From contig JAYWIR010000073.1 of assembly GCA_036172245.1 (NCBI GenBank), forward strand, positions 310,001 to 374,000: a stretch of 64,000 nt of DNA, in the 5' to 3' direction. Origin of the DNA: Raillietiella orientalis. Taxonomy: Eukaryota. The notes below the pieces were generated by a model. It ran no database searches, was not told the origin of the DNA, and saw nothing but the letters and a program-made list of their open reading frames with translations. The translations under genes were made by a program, and so were the position numbers. This document shows, piece by piece, positions 38,081 to 49,134 of this stretch (position 1 is the first letter of the stretch; the number at the start of each line of letters is the position of its first letter).

Positions 38081-40093
38081 ATGAGTTGCTCATCGGAAAA
38101 CCTCGAAATCCCTTCTCTCACGAGTTACTTGAAGACGTTTCCGCACTCGACGCTCCAGAAAATTTATTCTCACCCAACCTCGTGTGTTGTAGTGTTTCGG
38201 TACGAAAATGAATGAAATGTTGGCGCTGCACATTCGTCGTTGCTTCTTTGGAGTGTCGAGCTCGCAGTGATGTGCTTTATTTTCAGGGAGTTGTCCAGCC
38301 TTGCGCACGTGTACATTTATAGGTTGCTGTGCTTTGAGCAGTGTGTTTCTCAGGCGCTGATCGAGTCGTGGGCCGCCCACACATACATCCAGTCAGTCTT
38401 GCAATTCTGTGAATTTTTTTATGATGACCTCATTCAGGGAACACCACGAAGTGGTGAAAGAATTATTCGATCTCTCGATATGGCAGCATGTAATGATGCC
38501 TGGTGGACTACCCGGATTGGTTCTTAATCATACGTTCCGCCATAATTTCAAGGTTTTTCTGTTTGGAGGGTAAACTTGACTTACTAATTTGGCTTTTCAA
38601 ACTTTGCATCTGCAGTCATCCTAAATGAATGTAATTTGAATCGTAAACCTGCCAGATTCTGTGTGTATCAAGATACACACAGAATCTGCCTCTCTTGCTC
38701 TCCCTGTAAGGGGTGTTTTTCCGTACGTGCAATCGGATGAATACGAGATAACCAGTGTACTTTTCACAGGCAAGAAGCATGGAATCTTCAAGTACCTTTC
38801 ACAGTGGATCCCCATGCAAAAAGTGTGGAGTTCCTGAATAATTATGCACAAGAACGCTGGGAGTGCATTTTGCATTACATGGTGGGATCAATGCTTCAAG
38901 AAGGTGTATCTGCAGATGCAGTTGCCATTCTCTTGCATGCAGGATTAATGACAAGGTAAGAGTCAACCTCAGTTGATTGACCAGGAACTTTCAAAATCTT
39001 GCACCCTCTTCTTGGATTGATCAAAGTGCATGTTCTGTAAAAGACCATGAAAAAGGCAGGTTGCATTCCCTTTAGCTGTGAAGATGACAATCCACCCAAG
39101 ATCACAGAGAAAGGGTTTAAGTTTGTCATGATGGACATAACTTCTCAATTGTGGTACTTCATTCTGCAGTACTTGGACACCAAAAGCGAGGAGGTTTTCA
39201 TAGAGTGCCTTATTTTCCTGCTTCAGCTTAGTCTGTGTACACTGGGTAAAGTATGTTGTACATAATTTCAACTTAGTTTTCTATATTCTTACCATGTGGT
39301 AGGACTATAGTACAGAAGGGCTGTCAGAAGTGTTACAATCCTTTCTGCAACATTTGAGGGAATTTGGATTAGTCTATCAACGTAAAGTGAGGTCTGCATC
39401 TGTTGAAGTAAATTTTCAAACTTCATTGATAGAGACGATGTGGGAGATTTTACCCTACACAGCTGGTCATCAACCTGACATCCTCCAAGCGAATAATAGA
39501 GCTGCATAACAAGAAAAGTGGTCAGCTGATTGTAGAAACCAACTACCGAGTGTATGCTTACAATCCTAGCCTTTTACAAGTTGCCTTGTTGAGTCTGTTT
39601 TGTGAACTACTTTACAAGTAAGTAATTTTGTGACCCATGCATAACTCTTAAGGGAAAAAAAAAAAAAGATTCCCCAACATGACAGTTGCTCTGCTTACCC
39701 GAGACTCTGTTCAAAATGCATTCAGTAATGGCATTACAGCTGCCCAGATTTTGAAATTTTTACAAATCCATGCCCATCCAGTATGCTTGAAATCAGATTG
39801 TGTCATCCCAACAACTATTAGTGACCAGATCCAACTGTGGCAGTTGGAAAGAGAGAGGTAAGCAAGTGCAAGACTGTATGTAGATTCTTAACCACTCTTT
39901 TAGAATTGTGTGGCAGGAGGGTGTCCTGTATAATCAGTTCTTGTCACAAGATGACTTTGAATTGCTTTGTGGTTACAGTAGAGATGCTGGTTTGCTCATC
40001 TGGAGTAACAGTCAGAAACGAACCATGGTTGTAACGAAAAATGGTCACGACACTGTTAGAAAGTTCTGGAAAAAGCATTCCAAGCCTATCTAA
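38081..40093 (+). CDS. GTF2H4: General transcription factor IIH subunit 4 (p52/Tfb2), 9 exons
   Basis: Exons 38081-38199, 38287-38391, 38438-38569, 38770-38955, 39076-39250, 39303-39386, 39433-39617, 39669-39857 and 39904-40093 join in frame with GT-AG introns. Hallmark peptides: [78 protein letters not shown]. Confidence 0.96.
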
Positions 40094-40348
40094 CTATGGC
40101 AATCGTTTATTAGATTGCTTTACATACTGTTGAACAATCCATGCTACCATACGAGTCATCACCTTAGCTGAGCTTTTACCTATCCTCATGTGCATCATCC
40201 CCTCCTAGGATACTGTCAGCGTTCATAAAAAATTGAATTTTGCAACAAGCATGTGCTGGACTGCCAGTCCAAGCTTATGCTCCAAGAATTCCCTAAAAGC
40301 ATGCAACATGAAGGCGTTTTGTTTTTGCAAAAACCGGAAATTACGTCT

Positions 40349-41627
40349 CTAGCATTTGCTAGCTGCTGTTTCTGGAAAATACTTATGATAGTTCATAGAT
40401 TCTAGATAGATGGAACATAGATGCTGCAAAAAACCGTCCGCAGCGAACGAAGACATCCCACTTCTGGGATAAAAGAGGTGTGTACATGTGACTGTCAAGG
40501 TTCTTAGAGAGAAAAAGAACGAGTACGCATTTGACAAGATTGCTGATTCATGTCTTCTCTGTCACAACACTTTCAAACAGTGTCCAATAAAGCTGACTCG
40601 ATTCATTTTCGGCTTCGAACGTTGTGTTTTTACTATATGTTTTCTAGCATCCAAAGGTTTCAAACTGCACAGATTCAGAAATCTCTTCACCATGGTTGTT
40701 TTCCACTGCATCAGCTGACTTTTGCGGACCTTCCCAGACCACTGCAAATTCCTCCTGATGGTTTGACTCTGATAGTCACAAAACATGCTAACACATTCTA
40801 CCAGTTGCTGTAAGAAGGTCTCAGGAATCTCATGCTTTTGAAACACTGGACAATGCAATTTGTGGATAGTTGCACCATTCTTCCAAGGGGAACATTCTTT
40901 TACTTGTAATAATTTCAACACGGAGTGCCGACATTGCAACAGTTTATCAGGGGGCTGAAAGTGTTCACACACAACATAAACTTCCGAATTTCCTGGTTTA
41001 CTGCTTGCTGGTTTAAACACTTGCACTTTGTGGAAAGAGCAAACCAACAAATACATTAAGCATATTGTTTGACACTCGAATGTAGTAAATATTTTCAGAA
41101 CAAAACATCCTCCCACTTTAAGTGAATGTATTGCCAAAAGGATTTTGCAGAATTGTAGCTCAGATGTCATTGATTCTTGACTCCCAGGATTTGAACTGCA
41201 GTCAATGCTCCCATCTGCAGTAACCTAGGAAAGCCACACACAATACGTAACAGGTGATTCAAGCAAAGTATACCAAGTTTATCTCGCCTATTTCGGAGAG
41301 CTGTCCCATGAGGTTGGACGGAATTGTAATGTCACCTGTTTCATCTGCTCCAAACAACCGGCTATGGCATGTTTTCTCCATAAACCAGCTATCTGATGCA
41401 ATGCAACTCTCAGTACCTCCTTGGCAGAAGGGATTCAAGCTGGAAGCTCCCCAGATCCACTTGTAGGGAAAAAAATTGCAAAATTATTTTGGAAGAAGCA
41501 ATTCTGCCTTTACATCCAGTTCTAAACAGATATCTGCAAAGTTTGTTGTGTGTGTGTGCATTGTGATGAGCTTCAAGCTATTTGAATTCTGGATACTTGC
41601 CAGGAGAGCGTGTTTTGAAAAATTAAC
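40349..41627 (-). CDS. CMTR2: Cap2 mRNA 2'-O-methyltransferase-like (CMTR2/FTSJD1); both ends uncertain, possibly a pseudogene
   Basis: Exon 41459-41274 (WIWGASSLNPF...FGADETGDI) and an exon from 41224 (VTADGSIDC...GGCFVLKIFTTFE...FKPASSKPGNSEVYVVC) match the FtsJ-type CMTR2 core. Introns are 54 and 49 bp. Confidence 0.85.
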
Positions 41628-42399
41628 CTGATGCTGTTGACTAATCAAGTTTCATACGAACCGATTAATCAGCAATTTATCAACCAATCTGATTATTTTC
41701 AATCAAAAAGACAACTTTCCTGTTTCCCTTAATGCTATCAACATCAAAGTTCCAATTTTCATATTTTCAAAACTTTGCATCAAGCAAGGAAGAAACAACT
41801 ACATTCCTTGGTGCATAAAACACCTCTAAACCCCTTTCTGTCTGTTAGTTTTTTGACTCCCAAGGAACACACTGACTGTGGGTCGTGCACGCGACGCGAA
41901 AATCGTGGGTGCGGGTTCAAATCCATTGCCTTTGACCGATACACACCTTTGTAGTATCGATGACCCATAGGGTATTACTCTGAGTTTAAGGTTCAGCCAT
42001 CAGAATTGACATTATACAAAGCGTTCAGAGCTCTATCTCCAATTGTCAAGACGAGTAGGCCCACCATCCCTCGTCCGATACGACCTGAGTATTCACCGCC
42101 TGCGAATCATACTCGAGCAGGTACTAGGAGAAATCCCAGAGTATCTTCCATTAGACCCCCATTAGCCCCTGTTGAGCCTCCATTAGCTACGGATAGGATT
42201 GTAGAGTGGCGCAATCCAAATGACAATATCTCGCAAATACAGCATCACCTTAGCAGCGGGTCCATACTACAGAATATAATAGGTATTAATCTTAACATGG
42301 GCCCAGTTGTTAACGACCGTCGTGATGATAACTTATTTGCTCATCTATTTATCAGGAGCTGGGCAGCTTGGACTTCCCATGAAACCAGCCGAAACCGCC

Positions 42400-45300
42400 C
42401 AGAAATAAGGATCCCGAATTATCCACCGTCGTGGGAATGATTTCTCCGGGAGCTGTGCAGAAGGTGCGCACCGGTTGGCTGCAGTGCCGTCTCGGCGGGC
42501 AATCCTTTAAACACGACAGGGGTGCGGGCAAACGCTCCGTCCATCTCGGAGTTTCTACCGTGGGGCCCTTAGGGCAGCACACATGCCCATCTGCTCGGGT
42601 CCGCACAGTCATTCTGCTGCTGCAAAGATGCATCAAAGACCCCGGATGGCACGGAATGCGTTCCCCCTCGAGAAGAGAGGCTGCCGCCTGCTGTACTGCC
42701 TCTGTTCGAACGGGTTGCACCGAGACCGCAAGACCGGCGAAAGTTCCTCCATGTTCGTGCGAACCATTGCTCCTTTTTTCTCCTTGATGGAATGAGAGGC
42801 TCTCAGAGGGCAGGTTCGGTAGGGTTGACCTCCACATTTTCCAGCAAGGGCATGGACTCTTGATGACGGAGCAACCAACTGTTCACCCTCACTACCACCT
42901 TGGACTGCAATTATGGGAGCCAACAACAAACGTGAACCTTCCTCCCTGCTTCACCAAGCCTGATCCGACATGAAAGGCCACCTCCCACGAGATTCCTGTT
43001 GGGTGGAACACGCTCCCTCAGGGCTCAAAGAGAACGCTTCCTGAACACGTGTGCGAACAGGCCTCGGAAGATTAGCCGCAATGCGGACCCTCAGAGGAGG
43101 ACTCTCCGCTCGGACGGTAGAGCGCGACATGGGCCAATGAGCCCGTTGCTATCCTACAGCATTCGAACCACACCGTGGCATCCGCAGCAGCCTCCTCATT
43201 CCCGGAGGACAAAAATCTTCTCAGCGCCGCCATTTCCTGATCGATAGGCGACCACGGAAGCCTCCCTCTGGATTCGCGAAGGCAAGGACTCGCTCTGTAG
43301 AGAATCCCGGTGCATAAACTATGACAGCGATTGCCACCGTTCCTTTTTGTTTCCTCCCGTGGACTCCCTCTTGACGTTTCTTCGCCGTCGGGTTCCCAAC
43401 CACCAAGCAGGATGTCTATGACGACGGGCTCGCCCTCCTGGATGGTTAGCTCTCCCGCACGGGTTCAAAGTGATGAGCAGAAGCTGCCAGAAGGCTTTAA
43501 CGTCTTGCACTGCTCCGGTGGACCGATAGCGGTGGAGAAATTTGGCAACTCCGGATTGGGTTGCTCTGGGTTTCCCACAAATCAGCCTAGTTGTCTGAGT
43601 TATGACAGAGCGAGGGGACAGGTGGGAGTCGTTTCTGACTTTTTATCAACACTCCGTGGTTGTCGATACGCAGAAAATTGTCGTTTCGAGAGAACATATC
43701 CCACATTGCAGCACCAGGGACATTGCAGAACCTCTCTGATCTTGCCTTGGTAGCCTTAAAAAAAGAGAAAGTGGAAAAATCCCGACTGCGGCCATCTCCA
43801 TCGGTAGGGAAGAACTTGCAGGCATGAACGGACAAAGGCTATTACTATGGGGGCTGGAAGCAGCTGTAGCTGCAGTCTAGATCTACAGGGATGAGGTGAG
43901 TCGAGCGGGTGATCCGACGCCGTCGCCCTGGCAGTTACTTGCGGACGCTTTCGCTTGCCTTTCGCCAGCATCGAGCAGCATAGGAGCCGACGTTCAGGCG
44001 GACGCGATGCTCTTTCGCTTCCCTTGTCGCCTCTTTTCTTTCCTGTCTCACTCATCTTCTATTATTAGATTTAAAGAACATCTGAGCACCATCATGCGTT
44101 GAGGAGGAGCAATAGGATTCCTTCGATCCTCAGTATTCGCTGTCGGGGGCAGCGGACATTCAATCTCCAGGATGGAGGTGATGCGGCCCGTCACGTAAGT
44201 GAGCCACACTCCCGCTTCTTTCTAAGAGTTCACTCTCTTCCAAGAGACGAGTCCCTGTATGACGCCCTGCACCACGATAGCCGCTGTCAGGAAGCCGACC
44301 GAGAGAACAAGAGAGGTGCCTTAACGAAATACCTTAATAAAACTCTTTTCTCTGGAAAACGGCGATCCGATGGGGATACACACTCGGACTGGAGTCTCTC
44401 CATGGTGTAAGAAGTGCTCTGCTCCCTTCAAGGAGCGCCCTTGAGAGGAATTTGGAAGCGTTCCTTCGGAATTGTCTTCAGAGGAGTAACAAGGAGTGGC
44501 CCCTTTGCAGATTCCCTCCGGAGAAACAATTTCCGGAACGAATCCTTTCTGGATTCCTTTTGGAGAAGACATGGGTCTCTCTCTAAAAGTATCTTCTGTT
44601 TGGTTTTGTTTTTTTAAAAAAGGGAAACCACAAAGGAGGAAGAGAGGGAGCTGGTCATCGATTGGGCCCCCTAAGAGTTAGCGGGGTCGCCACCAGACTA
44701 CTCTTTTGCTCCCAGCTGCACGTGCCGCCACAGCTTGGCCCATCGCCAAACACGAGAGTGACTGCCAGCTATGCGGGAGCGTCTGCGACTCGGAGTGGGA
44801 AGTTGCAGTCCACATGGCGATGCCGCACAGAGTTGCGGAGGACATCGGCCGTGCCAGGTCGTTGGGAGTCGTCTTCGAAGTGATGCCCAGTTCGCGACGC
44901 GTTGTCTGCTGTCCTGACGAGTCCGAAGCACGGCTGCGGAGAAGAAAGGATGCAGATCGAGCGCTCCTCCTTGGAAACTTCTCTTCGCAGACGAGAGGAT
45001 GCATTTGAGGGATTCGTGTTGCAGCTCTTGGGCGGTCCTTTTCTCGGAAAGGTTACTTCACGCGGAAGAAGGCCCGTCGCTTATCCGATGGTGTTTGCAC
45101 CATTGGAGTATAGGGACATATTTGAAGGATGGTGTGACTGTATGGTCGCCTGGAGTTTCAAGCTGGGAATGAAGAGCAGCAAGGTGAGGGAACTGACCGC
45201 TTGTTGGCAGATTAAGAAGCGATCAGTTCTGCAGTTTTGTTGCGTGACCTTTGTGAGGTCTCAGACTCAATAATCCCAGCTGGCGCATTTGCAATGACCA

Positions 45301-46000
45301 GACCAGCCTGGTCATCTGCCGTAGGAGCAGACATCTCGGTACTCCGAGACGGCGCGACCCCAGGGCGACTAATCCCCGGCGGCCGGCCACTCTCCCGACA
45401 ACCAGACTTGTCGAACGTTTGGCGCAAACCGGATGGGCGCTGAAGCTCTTTCGTCTCCAGTGTCCGTAGGTGCATCCAGTCCCCTTTGCGAAGTGGCGAA
45501 GCGTTACTTCTCGATATTGTACAGTGGTCACATCAGTTGTTAGAATTCCATGCATGAGGTAAGAATCAAGCACGGCACGGTTTCCGATCGTGTCATGCAC
45601 AAAGTGGGCGGAAGAAATGTTTTCCATTGCAGAACTTTTCACCGATGCTTTCATCTTGGCCACAGATTGCTAAAAGTGCTCCTTCTTTTCTTCTAGCAGA
45701 TCCGTTCTCCGTTGAAGGGCTTTCACTGGAGTGACCATGCCTGTGACCTACGGATCAAGGTGCTGCTTCAGCCGAGAGCTATCGGATGCACACGACCGCG
45801 TTCGAATAATGGCAAGCACTGCGTCGCTGAAGAACGCACAAGAGGCTCTTCGACGATCCGTCCACACCTAGGCATCTGAAACCTGCTGCTTCGTCTGTAC
45901 AGGAGAGTCCAGCCCCAAGGACGAACACCGAAATCCAGTGTGCATGGCCAGTCGCACAATCGGAGCGGATTCATCCCAAGGACCAATGATGCGACAGCGG
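42400..46000 (-). mobile_element. Cluster of decayed LINE fragments
   Basis: CCPKGPTVET knuckle-like remnant (~42560), LITLNPCG APE-start-like (~43470), junction repeat core at 44430-44570, RRELGIT block at 44770-45000, and PTADDQAGLVI resembling the RT YADD motif (~45310). Confidence 0.55.
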
Positions 46001-47986
46001 CACTCGAACTGTATGGAATAGCAATGTCACTGAAGTGAACACGTAGGACGTGGAAGAACGCAAATGGTCTCGTGGTTTTTCACGTTGGCAACGCCTGCTG
46101 CACCATCCATCAGAAACCACAGAAGTGTAGGAGTATTTCAAGAATTCAAGCCGTCATCTGGGGAAGCTCCCTGGAGTTTCACACCCACTTGCTATCAGGA
46201 TGAGAAGCGTCCAGTTTAGCACTTTTATCGCGTAACCTTCTCGTGGTGCATTCGAAAAGATAAATATGTATGCCCATTATGTATATTTATGTCCACATTT
46301 ATTTATAGATTACTACGCAAATGCACATTTCATGCAGGTGGATTCGTACGACATTCGCAACATGAGCTGCAGAGTGTTGGCAAAAGAGACTTCGGGAACA
46401 CCTAGTCAGAGAAGAAGGAATGGAAAATCCTCTACAGATGGGAAGATTGAAATCAAGCCCCAAATGAGACAAGAAAAACAAATGTGTTGGGCGGCTGAAG
46501 AACCATTTTTCTGGAGCCTCTTGAACCTATTTTTGGTTTGATCCAAGACCCAAGCAGCGATTTCCGAGATGTGATCTCGGCGCCGCTCGGTTCACAACAC
46601 GCTGGTGGTCCTCGGTGGTCTCAGGAAAAGAGGAATCGCTCCCACGGACGCACGTGGATCCTCACCTTCTCTCACTGGAATGGACCAGCCTGTGGTCCAA
46701 AGCAAGTGGTCAACTTGCGAGGCGATCCATTCGTTCTGACAATACGTAACTCGCTCTGTCTCTGTTATCCTCCCGAGTGGGCAGCTGGACGAAGACCCTC
46801 GAAAAGCGAATCTCATTTTAAGACATCACGATTGTCTTCCGATGCTGTTGCACCAACACTAATGTTTGCGGAACGATTAACCATTCAAATGAAGTAAGAA
46901 TCAAAAGTTTTGCCATTTTGAAATGTACATGTGCATTCTACTGCAGATCGCCTGCTGTGCTGGGTATACGAAGGTACAAGGAGCCATGTATGGTGATGAC
47001 TAGAACTTTGATAGTTCTATTTACATGCATGAATTTGGTTCAGCTACAAACGACTTGTCGGCTGCACAGAATTGCATTTGGTACCTCGAGCCATGATGCC
47101 AGAAATCACTTGCACATTTCTTTTTGGCTTCAAAGAAGCCCCGCGCTAATCAGAAGCCATGAAAATGCAATTCATTCTCAACTATGCTGATGTTTCGGTG
47201 ACTATCGACGCATCTGGAATTTTCTAGGTAAGAGATTCAACCAATTCACAATTCCCATTTCTGAATTTCCAGCCGATGCCTGAAGACACAGAGATCACGC
47301 CGATGGTTCGGAAAGGCCAAAAAAAGGAAAAAAATGCATGCATTCATATTAAAATGTGCTTCCGAATCTTGTGTCCTACGGATTACTTTTTCGAGAAGAT
47401 CCCTGTGGAGGCCTTGTGGACCATCCTATCGTCAATCTCTAACTAACCAAAAACAATTTTCCCCATCAGAGAGCTGCCTGGAGATCGTTGGGCAAGCGTG
47501 GTTTCAACATGCGGCCACATAGGAACAAAAGGACTGATTGCAAGTACCCGCAAGGAATTTGAAAATCCAGGCTGGAACCAATCTAAAGATGAGCGGTCAG
47601 CAGCACCTGCTACATTTGCCAATTTCACTTTGAAATGTGTTGCATGTGAATGTGTTGCGTGGAATTAAGGCAATTGCAAATTTTTATATATCGAGGGGGC
47701 AACTTCACGTCTTGATTTTCCACGTTGTTTCAGTGTATTATTTTCATAATGCTGCGCTGTTTACATCCCTGGACGCAAAAGTCATTTCATCTTGAGAGTC
47801 AAGTGCTGCTTCAGAACTCAATCTTCGAGCACAGACGGTGCATCCGAAATTACTTATGTCTCTTGAAGAAACGAATATTGGGAATAAACGAACGTATCCA
47901 AGCATCACAAAGGAAAATGCAATGGCCAAATGAGTGGTACTTTATGAAAATCATTGAATTCTTATAATTTGAATACCAGATATGTT

Positions 47987-49134
47987 TCACTTGCAAAATT
48001 TACAAAAGCCCAAGTGATCCTTCGTAAATACACGATGTACAACTCCTGACCACCCGCTTAGCTGCTGGCAAGAACTATGAAACTCCATCCATGAGGACTT
48101 TCCTGAGTCAACCGTGATTAAAAGACGAAAGGTGCAACCTGTTTTTTTCTTTTTCAGACTTTGAACACTTGGTCTCATTCTATTGAAGGACTTTAACTTT
48201 GTTTTTGGCACTTCAGCGGAAACTTTCGTATGAAGCTCACGGGCTGATTGAGCCGCGCGCGTGATGACTATTTGTAATAGCTGTGAATGGGTTCCTTGCT
48301 GGTACGATGAATGGCCCTATTTCTCCGCAGTCAATGGCGAGACCTATCGCGGTAGTCCATCCTCGCTGCCCCGTGCTTTTTCCCGTACAAATGCCCCGGG
48401 AAAACACTCCTTCCACTGCACGCCAAAGCGCGGGGGTGGGGGAGGGGGCGCGCGCCATCGACGGCTGCAGGGGCAGATCGAGAAGCTTCGGTCTTGTTGC
48501 TAACGGCAACGGGATCGAAAGGATTCTGCCAAGCGGGAATTCCGATGCGCAGGGTCCATCTCCCTCTCTTATGTATGTATTTTACACGAATGCCTAATGA
48601 AATCGACTGGAAACCGAAATATGCATCACTTTTTTTTTCTTTTCTTTGCAAAACACTGAGTGCTTGCGATTCGGAGTTTCGGTGGTTCATGCAATGATCA
48701 TTCCCTATTTCCATTTCTTTTTCACCCCCATTCACACAGCATGGAAGCAAGCGGGTCGAACGCAAAAGTGAGGTGGTCAACTTACTTTTAGGCCATTTCA
48801 AAAAGGTGTAGTCGCCATACATCATTACCAGAACTGGATAAAATGACGCATCGTAAATCTTATTCAGGTTTCTCTGAATTTCGTGCGTGGATCCGATCAC
48901 GTACTTGCGGTAGTCGTAGAGGGCATACGAGGCGTCAATTAAGATGCCGAATGTTCTGTACCCTCTCCTTTGGTTTTCGAAAGTTTTGTCCAATTCTTTA
49001 TCCATCATGTCCGTAGAGTAATCTATGGTACACTGCGCTGACGACAGCCGTGCTGACGACAAGACCAGCACCAAGAGTGCCAGGGACCCCCGGAAAACAC
49101 GGTGGGTGGCCTGGTACAGTCGCCGCGTACACAT
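47987..49134 (-). CDS. Putative secreted protein with a von Willebrand A-like domain, multi-exon (3' structure unresolved)
   Basis: ATG at 49134 and a signal-like SLALLVLVLSSARLSSA. Then TFGILIDASYAL...PVLVMMYGD (VWA beta1/beta2-like). Downstream segments GWTTAIGLAID and LLITVDSG resemble later VWA motifs. Confidence 0.45.

Noticed and set aside
41880..41930. tRNA-like ggttcaaatcc
   Set aside because: Isolated B-box-like motif without a cloverleaf.
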